This document shows, in pieces, positions 20,434-28,774 of a DNA stretch of 64,000 nucleotides (position 1 is the first letter of the stretch; each line of letters begins with the position of its first letter). The DNA lies in NCBI GenBank assembly GCA_965601735.1, contig OZ271840.1, positions 1,080,402 through 1,144,401 of the forward strand, read 5' to 3'. The notes under the pieces were generated by a model. That model searched no databases, was not told the origin of the DNA, and saw only the letters and a list, made by a program, of their open reading frames with translations. The position numbers and the translations under genes were made by a program. The stretch comes from Alphaproteobacteria bacterium (GTDB lineage: Bacteria > Pseudomonadota > Alphaproteobacteria > JBBDQX01).

Positions 20434-21631
20434 CCCGGCGCGGCACCAGTGAATTGGTGCCGACGCGCGCCATCACCGGATCGTCGCTCCGGCCGCACAC
20501 GTCGCTCAGCGCGAACAGCACCCGGCCCAGAACCGTTTCGTCCCACATCCAGTCGTCGACCCGCCTGCCTGTGGCGCTGCCCGGCTGGGCGGTGACTGCT
20601 TCCTGGTAGAACGCCTTGAGGTCGTCGGTAGCCAGCTTGAGGCTGCGCGCGAGCGGCTGGTCCGGAATCGGGTTGTCCGGTGTTTCGCCGTCGAGAAAGG
20701 CCGTGACAAACCCCGGCAATGCCGACGGTTGCAGGCCGCTCAGCCCGAAGGTCGTGCGCCCACGCCCGCGCTGGGCGAGTTCATACCATGGTGCCAGGCG
20801 GCCGACCTCTTCCTCCAGGGCCGCGCGATAACCGCCACCCGCATCGATGTCTACCGGCGGCGGCTTGAGGTCGACCGGACAGACCATCGCCTCCGCGGCG
20901 TCGGTGTCAGCTGGCGCTTCCTCTGGGAAATCCTCCAGCACCGGCCCTTCGTTCGCGGACAACAAGGCGAAGGTCGCATCCAGCACCTTGCGCTGGAAAG
21001 AGATGTCGTTCGGTGCGCCGAGCGGGCGGCCCAACTCAAACGGCACCCAAAGGGCGCGCGGCGGGCGCACCTTTTCCGTGTGCAGCCGGATCAGGCTGAT
21101 GCCGGTCGTGGCCAGGCCTTCGCGTTCCAGATAATGCGCAAGCGCGCCCACGGCGCGCGTGCACATCGGTCATATCGGTACCAGCAACACCACATCGACC
21201 GCATCGCGTTTGAGCAGAGCGGCGATCTCCTGCGCCGCCAGCTCCAGCTTCTCCGGTGGGGTGCCGCCATAGAAAGTGTAGTGAAAATCTCCCACTGAAC
21301 CGATGGTGCCCTCGGCCGCCATCTCCTTTAGCCGGTCGAGCGGGAAGGCAATGTTGATGTCCTGCTGGAAGCCAGTTCGGTCGAAGTTGACCGAGGAGTG
21401 GCTCATTACCAGGTCGTCGGGCGCCACATCGCTGGGGATCACCCGATAGTCCGTGGCGCCGCTGTAGAAGGCCGCTTCGCCGCGCCGCTGCAGGGCGGCC
21501 GTGCTGACGATGGCGACTCGCGCATCCGACAGCGCAGGTGGGGCGGCCCACGGCGTGGTGTCGAAAGTCGGGCACTCGGTGTTCTCGAAGTAGGCGCGCT
21601 CAGCCCCCTCGAAATCGCTCAGACGCGCCAT
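20405..21631 (-). CDS. Candidate selenoprotein of the GrdB/PrdB-like reductase family: one reading frame with an in-frame TGA (putative Sec) at 21170-21172
   Basis: Track ORFs 21170..21856 and 20405..21166 are in the same frame, separated only by TGA plus CCG. The junction reads ...VDVVLLVPI-[TGA]-PMCTRAVGALAHYLEREGLATTGISL..., a UxxC motif. A 15-bp stem AUGUGCACGCGCGCC-GUG-GGCGCGCUUGCGCAU starts 3 nt after the UGA. Start trimmed to M76 (MARLSDFEG...) with SD AAAGGAA. Total 408 aa, with U at about residue 154. Confidence 0.5.
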
Positions 21632-21848
21632 GACGGTTCCTTTCGGGCGCTGCGGTGATGCGCCGCACAGCATACACATCGGCACGCCGCCCGGAAGGCC
21701 AAGAACCGGTAACGCTTTCTTAAGCATGGCGGCGGCATGCTCTGCAGCCTGTGTTAGTCCGGCCACGGAATCGGCCGGGCAATGTTGGAGGATTTCTTCG
21801 GGGGCCGGTGTGGCATGAGGCCAAGCCCGGACCAGGAGTGGTGAGCCG

Positions 21849-23291
21849 ATGAGCATCGATCAGTATTTGCCGCGCATCTCGCGCCATCATCACCAGGGCC
21901 GGCTCTACGGCCGCGAGCCCGAATTGCTGGCCGTACCGGTGCGCGAGGCCGCCAAGGAAGGCCTCGCCCAGTTGGACGCCGGCGACATCTATGCCGCGGA
22001 GTTCCATTTCCGGCGTGCGCTGACCGGCAACGGCGAGGATGCCGAGGCTCTGTGCGGCCTGGCGCTATCGCTCTATCAGCAGGCGCGCTGGGGCGAGGCG
22101 GAGGGCCTGTTGCGCCAGGCGCTCGGCCTGCGGCCCGAATGGCGCAAGGCACAGGCCGCGTTGGCGGAAGTGCTGTTACAGCTTGGGCGTTATGGCGAGG
22201 CCATCGGCGAGTTTCGCGACCTGGTTCGCGCCTTGCCGGAGAACCCCTATCTGCGCAAACGCTTCAACCGGGTACGGCTGCGCTACGAGCAGATCGAGAC
22301 GGCCCGGCGATCAATCCGCATCGACGACAACCCCAACCCGCTATGGGGTGAGACCCGGCGCGGCCAGGCGATCAGCCTGGCGCCGAACCCAGTTATCCGA
22401 CCCGACAGCAACATCTTCACCATCGGCAGCTGCTTTGCCGTGGAGGTGCGCCACGAACTGGCGCGGCGCGGCTTTGCGATGTATCCGCGCTACGACACCC
22501 TCAAGATCGATCCGGCGCGCCAGAAGATCAACGCCCTGCCGGACAAGCTCAACCTCAACTACTACGACACCTTCACCATCCGTCAGGAGATCGAGCACGC
22601 GGTGGAGGGCCGCCGTTACGGCCTGGAAGATTTCTGGCGAATCAGCGGAAGACCGATCAACAGCCTGTTCCGCCAGGCCACCGTGTTTCAGGATCCCTAT
22701 CGCAAGAACGTCTATGGCCGTGATGAGGCGGCGATCCTCAGCGCCAGCGCTCAGCTCTCGGACGTTATGGCCGACGGTGTCGCGTCATCGGATGTCTTCG
22801 TCATCACGCTCGGACTGACAGAAGCCTGGCAGAACCTAGCCAACGGCCTGTATGTTGCCGGCCCGCCAGGTGGCAAGACCGGCGGCGCAGGCCTGTGCCG
22901 GCTGCGGCTCAGCAGCTTTGCCGACAACTACGCCAACCTGAAGCGGACCCTCGACATGCTGTTCGCGGCCAACGCCCAGCGCGACGTGCTGCTGACGGTG
23001 TCGCCGGTGGCGTTGCACCGCACCTTCTCTGATCAGGACGTGATCGTCGCGAACATGGAGAGCAAGTCGATCCTGCGCGCCGTCGCTGGGCAGCTTGCCC
23101 GGGAGTATCCGCGCGCCCACTACATGCCGACTTACGAACTGTTCGCCCGCCACGACCTGTTTCACGAGGACGGGCGGCACGCCTCGCGCGACGGTGTGGC
23201 GGTGGTGTTCGATACCCTGCTTAGCGCCTTCATGGAGCCGAGCGTCGAGCGGGCCGACCTGCGCGAGATGATCCGAGAGCACGCCGCCTGA
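21849..23291 (+). CDS. TPR-repeat plus GSCFA-domain protein
   Basis: 480 aa. N-terminal TPR-like repeats, then the GSCFA family motif IFTIGSCFAVEV and downstream conserved blocks. Confidence 0.65.
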   Translation: MSIDQYLPRISRHHHQGRLYGREPELLAVPVREAAKEGLAQLDAGDIYAAEFHFRRALTGNGEDAEALCGLALSLYQQARWGEAEGLLRQALGLRPEWRKAQAALAEVLLQLGRYGEAIGEFRDLVRALPENPYLRKRFNRVRLRYEQIETARRSIRIDDNPNPLWGETRRGQAISLAPNPVIRPDSNIFTIGSCFAVEVRHELARRGFAMYPRYDTLKIDPARQKINALPDKLNLNYYDTFTIRQEIEHAVEGRRYGLEDFWRISGRPINSLFRQATVFQDPYRKNVYGRDEAAILSASAQLSDVMADGVASSDVFVITLGLTEAWQNLANGLYVAGPPGGKTGGAGLCRLRLSSFADNYANLKRTLDMLFAANAQRDVLLTVSPVALHRTFSDQDVIVANMESKSILRAVAGQLAREYPRAHYMPTYELFARHDLFHEDGRHASRDGVAVVFDTLLSAFMEPSVERADLREMIREHAA

Positions 23292-23301
23292 GGTAGATGC
23301 C

Positions 23302-24075
23302 CTAGGCGTCAGCCGCAGGCAGTCCGGCACGCGCCCGCAGGGATGGATCGCGGATCGATAGCTCCTGTCCGGCGAGGTCGGCGGCCTCTTCGCTGCAAAG
23401 CCATGCTACCGCGCGGCCCGGCTGCCAGGCCGGGGCGAGGTTCTCGCGCGGAATCTGGCTGACCCGGTTTATTCCTGACGCCCGGATCTGGACCTGCATG
23501 TCGGTGTCGACCGTACCGGGCCCGAAGCCGTACACGCGGATGCCCTGCGTGCCGTATTCCAGCGCCGTGGCGCGGGTCAGCATGGCGACCCCCGCCTTGG
23601 CGCTGCAATAGGCGGCCCAGCCTTCCAGCGGGTTGTGCGCGGCGCCGGAACTGATGTTGACGATCACCCCGCCGCCCGCGGCCTGCATCCGGGGCAGCAC
23701 GGCATGGATGCCGTGATAGACCCCCAGCAGGTTGACCGCGATGTTGTTCGCCCAGGCGGCTGGATCGGAATCCGCCAGTGCCCCGATCGGTTCGACCATG
23801 CCGGCGTTGTTGATCAGGATGTCGGGCCCGCCCAGGCGCTCCGCAGTCTCGGCGATCAGACCGGCGACCTGGTCCGGGTCGGACACGTCACAGGCCATCG
23901 CCTCCGCAGTACCGCCCGCGGCGCGGATCTCATCGGCGTTCCCGGCGCAGGCTTCCACCGAGCGTGCCGCCAGAACCACCGCCGCTCCGGCGGCCGCCAG
24001 TTCTGTCGCCACCGCCTGGCCGATGCCGCGGCTTGCCCCGGTCACGATCGCTGTCTTGCCTGCCAGTGCTGTCAT
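23302..24075 (-). CDS. SDR-family short-chain dehydrogenase/reductase
   Basis: TGASRGIG Rossmann motif, NNAG, and catalytic S...YxxxK (YCSAKAG). Confidence 0.75.
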   Translation of the reverse strand: MTALAGKTAIVTGASRGIGQAVATELAAAGAAVVLAARSVEACAGNADEIRAAGGTAEAMACDVSDPDQVAGLIAETAERLGGPDILINNAGMVEPIGALADSDPAAWANNIAVNLLGVYHGIHAVLPRMQAAGGGVIVNISSGAAHNPLEGWAAYCSAKAGVAMLTRATALEYGTQGIRVYGFGPGTVDTDMQVQIRASGINRVSQIPRENLAPAWQPGRAVAWLCSEEAADLAGQELSIRDPSLRARAGLPAADA

Positions 24076-24130
24076 GTCATGTTCTCCCCGCCTGATGCGG
24101 CGGGCAGTCTACGCCACGGCGCGTCGCCGG

Positions 24131-24784
24131 TCAGCCAACGGTGGTGAAGGTGAGGGTGAAGGCGTAGCCGCGATAGAGGTCGCGGTCCTCCAGCCGGCCG
24201 CGGCCGGAATCGGCAAGCGCATGGAAATGGTCGCGGAGGTCGGGGATCGGCGCGACTCCGAACAGCGCGAGCCAGCGCCGCAGCCCTCGCTGGAAGCTGC
24301 GGGGCAGCCGGTTCTGGGTGCCGAAATCAACCACGGCGATGGTACCGCCCGGCCTTACTGCCGCAAGCGCACGGTCGGCCGCCGGGCGCCATTCCGGGAA
24401 GATGCTGAAGGCGTAAGAAAACAGCAGCATATCGAATGGCTTGTCCTCTCCGAACATTGCTGTGGCATCCACCGACTCCGCCAGGCCATGGGTGAGACGG
24501 ATCTGGCTCGTCACCCCGGCGCGGCGCAGGTTGCGCTGCGCCGTCGCCAACATGGCCTCCGAGGCATCTACACCGAAAAAGTGCGCCTGCGGGTGCCGCT
24601 GTGCCAGCCGCGCCAGGTTGCGTGCGGTACCACAGCCGACCTCGCAAACTCTGTCGCCTGGCGTGATCACCAGTTCATCGAGCATGCGGTCGCGGCCCAG
24701 CAGGTAGAACTTCCGGCTGGCGTCGTAGATGTGACGCTGCAGCCGGTACATGCGGTCCATGCGGACGCTGGTGGCGTCGATCAT
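24131..24784 (-). CDS. btaB: SAM-dependent N-methyltransferase, BtaB-like (DGTS synthesis)
   Basis: Track ORF trimmed to M74 (216 aa). Class I MTase motif VCEVGCGTARN. Lies 11 nt downstream of the BtaA-like gene, as in known btaAB operons. Confidence 0.6.
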   Translation of the reverse strand: MIDATSVRMDRMYRLQRHIYDASRKFYLLGRDRMLDELVITPGDRVCEVGCGTARNLARLAQRHPQAHFFGVDASEAMLATAQRNLRRAGVTSQIRLTHGLAESVDATAMFGEDKPFDMLLFSYAFSIFPEWRPAADRALAAVRPGGTIAVVDFGTQNRLPRSFQRGLRRWLALFGVAPIPDLRDHFHALADSGRGRLEDRDLYRGYAFTLTFTTVG

Positions 24785-24795
24785 GGGCGCGGTCC

Positions 24796-26016
24796 TCAGG
24801 CGGCGGGCGCGTTGCTGTAAATGTGAAAGCCGCCGTAGATGGCTGAGCGGTCCTGGGCGTGCAGCTGGCGCGCGAGGTCGCTCTCGGCGGTCCAGTGGCC
24901 CATCAGCTCGGGCGCCAGCGCGTCCTCCAGCGGCGAGTGCTCCGCGGCGGTGCGGAAGATCACCCGCGAGCCTGGCCGCGCGGTGCGGTCGATCTGGGTC
25001 CACAGAGCGTTGAGTTGGGCATCGTCCATCCAGTCCTGGGCGTCCAGCAGGACATAGCGATCGAAGCTGCCGTCCTCGGATTCCGCCAGGTAGTCGGTCA
25101 TCGAGGCATGCTCGACCCGCGCGCGGTCGGCGCGGCTACTCAAGGTGCCGAAGTTCTCCGCACGCAGATAGTCGGGCACTGCCTGACGTTCATCGCGGTC
25201 GTAATTGCGGCTGAACGCCTGCCAGGCGAAGTAGTTCTCGGAGATCGGGAAGTCGCAGGCCAGCCGCCGCACTCGCTCGCGAAACAGGGACGCGACATCG
25301 CCCGCCGCCTCGGCGCTGAGCAGGCCGAACTGCGCTGGCGGGATACCCAGGCTGTAGGTCGTGACCGGCAGCCGGCAGGCGGCGCGCACCACCTTGAGGT
25401 CGAACAGCGGCGCAATGATCTCCTCGAACAGCGCCGCCTGTTCCTCCAGCGTCTTGGCGCGCAGCAGCCGTGACGGGTGCCGTCCGGCGACTCTGCAAAA
25501 GCGATGCAGCCAGCCGATATACTGGCCCAGCAGCGACCGGCGGTAGATGCCGCTGGCGAAATAGTCGATGCGCCGGCGCACCAGCATCGGACGCTTGTCC
25601 CAGAATTCACGGGTGTGGTCGTCCAGGTGCTGCTGCAGATGAGTATCGTAGGCGGCGCGGTTGGCGCGGTCGTCGCCGGCGCCGAAGAAGCGGAAGAAAG
25701 TGTCATGGTCCGGCAGCCGCTGCGCCGCCTGCACCTTGAGCCGGGTCAGTGCCACATGCGCCGGGTTGAGGTCGAGCGCGACAATGGCGGATGGTTCTGC
25801 CAGCAGGTAGTTCATCACGTTGCAGCCGCCAGAGGCGATGGTGATGATCCGGCTTTCGGGGGTGATCCGCAGCGCTGTCAGGTCGACGCGCGGATCCTCC
25901 CAGATCTGGTTGTAGACGAACCGGCGGAAGGCCAGGGTGAACAGCCGGTCCAGCATGCCCTTCCGGGTGATCGCCGGGCTGTTGTAGACCGCCTTGTTGA
26001 GCAGGTTCGATGCCAT
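24796..26016 (-). CDS. btaA: S-adenosylmethionine:diacylglycerol 3-amino-3-carboxypropyl transferase, BtaA-like (DUF3419)
   Basis: Track ORF trimmed to M63 (405 aa, SD AAGGAGTGAG). Conserved FVYNQIWEDPRVD...IASGGCN region typical of BtaA/DUF3419. Confidence 0.65.
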   Translation of the reverse strand: MASNLLNKAVYNSPAITRKGMLDRLFTLAFRRFVYNQIWEDPRVDLTALRITPESRIITIASGGCNVMNYLLAEPSAIVALDLNPAHVALTRLKVQAAQRLPDHDTFFRFFGAGDDRANRAAYDTHLQQHLDDHTREFWDKRPMLVRRRIDYFASGIYRRSLLGQYIGWLHRFCRVAGRHPSRLLRAKTLEEQAALFEEIIAPLFDLKVVRAACRLPVTTYSLGIPPAQFGLLSAEAAGDVASLFRERVRRLACDFPISENYFAWQAFSRNYDRDERQAVPDYLRAENFGTLSSRADRARVEHASMTDYLAESEDGSFDRYVLLDAQDWMDDAQLNALWTQIDRTARPGSRVIFRTAAEHSPLEDALAPELMGHWTAESDLARQLHAQDRSAIYGGFHIYSNAPAA

Positions 26017-26029
26017 CTCTCTCACTCCT

Positions 26030-26800
26030 TTAGAACAGCGACAATTGCCGGCTTTCGGCCCAGCGCAGAATCTCCAGACGGCCGTCGTGATGCTCCACCA
26101 GCGCGGTGCAGCTCTCCACCCAATCACCGTCGTTGCAGTAGAGGACGCCGTCGACATCAGTGATCTCCGCGGCGTGGATATGGCCGCAGACGACCCCGTC
26201 ATAGCCGCGGCGGCGCGCCTCGTGGGCCACCGCCTCGCGGTAGTTGCTGATGAACTGAACGGCGTTCTTGACCTTCGTCTTCATGTAGCCGGCGAGCGAC
26301 CAGTAAGGAAAACCGAGCATGCGGCGCGCCCGGTTGAAGACCGCGTTGGCGTACATCGTTGTTTCGTAGGCAGCATCGCCCAGCAGGGCGAGCCACTTGG
26401 CGTAGCGCACCACGCCGTCGAAAGCGTCGCCATGCAGCACCAGCAGCCGGCGGCCGTCCGCCGTCACATGGGTGGCATCATCCTGCAAGGTCAGCGCGCC
26501 GAAGCTGAATTCTGTGTACAGCCGCATGCATTCGTCATGGTTGCCGGGCACATAAATCACCCGGGTCCCCTTGCGGCCCTTGCGCAGGATCTTCTGGATC
26601 ACGTCATTGTGGCTTTGGCGCCAGAACCACGAACGGCGCAGCCGCCACCCGTCAACGATATCGCCGGTCAGGTAGAGGTACTGGGACTCTGTGTGGCGGA
26701 AAAAATCCAACAGGATATCGGCCTTGCAACCCCGCGTGCCGAGGTGGATGTCCGAAATCCAGATGGCCCGGTAGTGCGTCGCCACGGCGGAGTTGGACAC
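26030..26800 (-). CDS. LpxH-like calcineurin-type metallophosphoesterase; candidate phosphate-starvation phospholipase C (PlcP-like)
   Basis: 256 aa. Metallophosphoesterase motifs ISDIHLG, GDIVD, GNHD, and GH...GHIH. The stop lies 13 nt upstream of the btaA start. Confidence 0.6.
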   Translation of the reverse strand: MSNSAVATHYRAIWISDIHLGTRGCKADILLDFFRHTESQYLYLTGDIVDGWRLRRSWFWRQSHNDVIQKILRKGRKGTRVIYVPGNHDECMRLYTEFSFGALTLQDDATHVTADGRRLLVLHGDAFDGVVRYAKWLALLGDAAYETTMYANAVFNRARRMLGFPYWSLAGYMKTKVKNAVQFISNYREAVAHEARRRGYDGVVCGHIHAAEITDVDGVLYCNDGDWVESCTALVEHHDGRLEILRWAESRQLSLF

Positions 26801-27030
26801 CTAGATGCTTCGGCAGAACGGCAACATGTGGTGGCTTATACATTCGCCCCCACGACATATCGGTCACCGCTCCGTGAATTTTTTCTTGTGGGATCGCGGC
26901 GGTTTTGTTGCCGCGGGTCCGCTTGCAAGCACTCCGGCGAAGGCGGACAATAGATGGATTGCGCGCCGCCTTTGCCGCATCGGCAGAGGCGCGCGCATGT
27001 GTGTCTTTAGCCGCGGCAGGGTCGGACCGG

Positions 27031-28725
27031 ATGTCCACCGTTTCCAGCGCGAACCCGGATCAGCAGGTACACGCTGCGCAGCAGCAGCGTGACCGGTTCC
27101 TGGCGTTTGCGTTCGCCGCGGCCGATGTGCTGATCGAGACCAACGACAAAGGCCACATCCAGTATTGCGCCGGTGCTACCGAGAACCTGTTCGGTGAGCC
27201 GGTTGAGACCCTGGTTGGGATGACGCTGGCCACCTCGGTCGCCGAGGAAGACAAGGTGATGCTCGACGCGGCGATGGCGCGGCTGCGCGCTACCGGTCGG
27301 ATCGAGCGCCTGAGCATTGCCATCAATCATAAGACCGGCGGTCAGACGGTGACCGAACTCAACGGCATTATGCTGCCGCAGCGTCCCGGCATTTGCAGCT
27401 TGGTACTGCGGTTCGCCCGCTCCGCCGGCGGCGCGCAGCATCGCCACGTTCCGGCCGCAGGTGCCCTGACCAAGGACAGCTTCATCGAACTGGCCAAAGG
27501 CCGGCTCGCCGAGGGGGCGGCGCGGGGCGAGGATTACCGCCTCACCATGCTCGATCTGGAGAGTGAGGAATTCTACGAGCGACTCGGCACCGAGGGGGCC
27601 GAGCAGTTCGCCGACGACATCGAGGGACAGCTGCGGGCCTGGTCGGTAGCCGGCGCCTCGGTCGGCCGGCTCGCCACCGGCCCGACGGGCGAGGTCACGC
27701 GCTACGGTGTCATCCACGACGGCACCGTAGCTGCCGAGCAGCTCGAGGAACGCATCAACACCCTTGCCGCCGAGGCCGATCCGTCGGGCGAGGGGCTGGC
27801 GGTACAGAGCAACAGCGTCAGCTTCGAGGGCGGTGAGCTGAGTCCGGAGGAGATGGTCCAGGCGGTGGCTTACACCATCAACAAGTTCGCCGCGGAGGGT
27901 GGCTCCGATTCCGGCTTCGGCACCTTGGCCGACGGCTACAAGGCGATGCTCGACGACACCATCGCGCGGGTGCGAAAGTTCCGCACACTGACCGAGTCGG
28001 ATCAGTTCAGCTTCGTGTTCCAGCCGGTGGTCTCGCTACGCGAGTGGAAGGTGCACCACTTCGAGGTGCTGTCGCGCTTCGAGAAAGACGACTCCGGCGC
28101 TTCGCCTTACGACACCCTGGTGTTCGCCGAGGATATCGGCCTGGTCAGCGAGTTCGACCTAGCGGTACTCCGCAAGGCCATCGGTCTGTTGCAACAGGAC
28201 GACTTTCCCGCCGATACCTCTATTGCGGTGAACCTGTCGGGCCGCTCGCTGCTGAACCAGCGGTTCGTCTCCGAGTTGCTGTCCCTGCTGGCGCAGAATC
28301 GCGGCCTCAACAAGCTGCTGATGTTTGAGATCACCGAGTCCTTCGAGATCAAGGACCTGTCCAGTGCCAACAAGCTGCTGCAGGAGATCCGCAAGCAGGG
28401 CTTCACCGTTTGCCTCGACGATTTCGGCGCCGGGGCGGCGGCGTTCCAGTATCTGCGCAACCTGCAGATCGACTTCGTGAAGATCGACGGCAGCTACTTG
28501 CACGACGCCTTCGCCTCGCCCTTCGGCAAGTCATTCCTGCGCGCCATCGCCAACCTGTGCGCCGACCTCAAGCTCAGGACCATCGGCGAGATGGTCGAGG
28601 ACCAGCTGGCGCTCGACCTGCTCACCCAGATCGGTGTCGATATGGGTCAAGGCTATTTCCTCGGCGCGCCCCAGCCTACCGCGGACCCGGTGACCCTGCC
28701 GGCCCGCGCCAAGACCCGGCGCTGA
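27031..28725 (+). CDS. EAL-domain c-di-GMP phosphodiesterase with N-terminal sensory region
   Basis: Track ORF trimmed to M43. EAL signature residues present: EITES, DDFGAG, KIDGSY, and the E...Q loop. Predicted catalytically competent. Confidence 0.7.
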   Translation: MSTVSSANPDQQVHAAQQQRDRFLAFAFAAADVLIETNDKGHIQYCAGATENLFGEPVETLVGMTLATSVAEEDKVMLDAAMARLRATGRIERLSIAINHKTGGQTVTELNGIMLPQRPGICSLVLRFARSAGGAQHRHVPAAGALTKDSFIELAKGRLAEGAARGEDYRLTMLDLESEEFYERLGTEGAEQFADDIEGQLRAWSVAGASVGRLATGPTGEVTRYGVIHDGTVAAEQLEERINTLAAEADPSGEGLAVQSNSVSFEGGELSPEEMVQAVAYTINKFAAEGGSDSGFGTLADGYKAMLDDTIARVRKFRTLTESDQFSFVFQPVVSLREWKVHHFEVLSRFEKDDSGASPYDTLVFAEDIGLVSEFDLAVLRKAIGLLQQDDFPADTSIAVNLSGRSLLNQRFVSELLSLLAQNRGLNKLLMFEITESFEIKDLSSANKLLQEIRKQGFTVCLDDFGAGAAAFQYLRNLQIDFVKIDGSYLHDAFASPFGKSFLRAIANLCADLKLRTIGEMVEDQLALDLLTQIGVDMGQGYFLGAPQPTADPVTLPARAKTRR

Positions 28726-28774
28726 CCCCGGCGATCGCCGTGGCGCGTCCCGCCGCGTGGAGGCGGCAGACGGC

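Noticed and set aside
19555-20595. 346-aa plus-strand ORF and neighbouring plus-strand ORFs 18130..19456
   Set aside because: Antisense to the PAS histidine kinase. Composition-driven.
20405-21856. Treating 21170..21856 and 20405..21166 as two independent genes, or as a frameshifted pseudogene
   Set aside because: Same frame, a single TGA, a 3-nt spacer with no SD, a UxxC context and an adjacent long hairpin all favour Sec read-through. A pseudogene is not fully excluded (see finding).
26801-27030. PHO box upstream of the metallophosphoesterase-btaAB cluster
   Set aside because: There are TGTC/TGTA-like half-sites, but their spacing does not fit the 7-4-7 direct-repeat consensus. Left as an open question rather than a called site.
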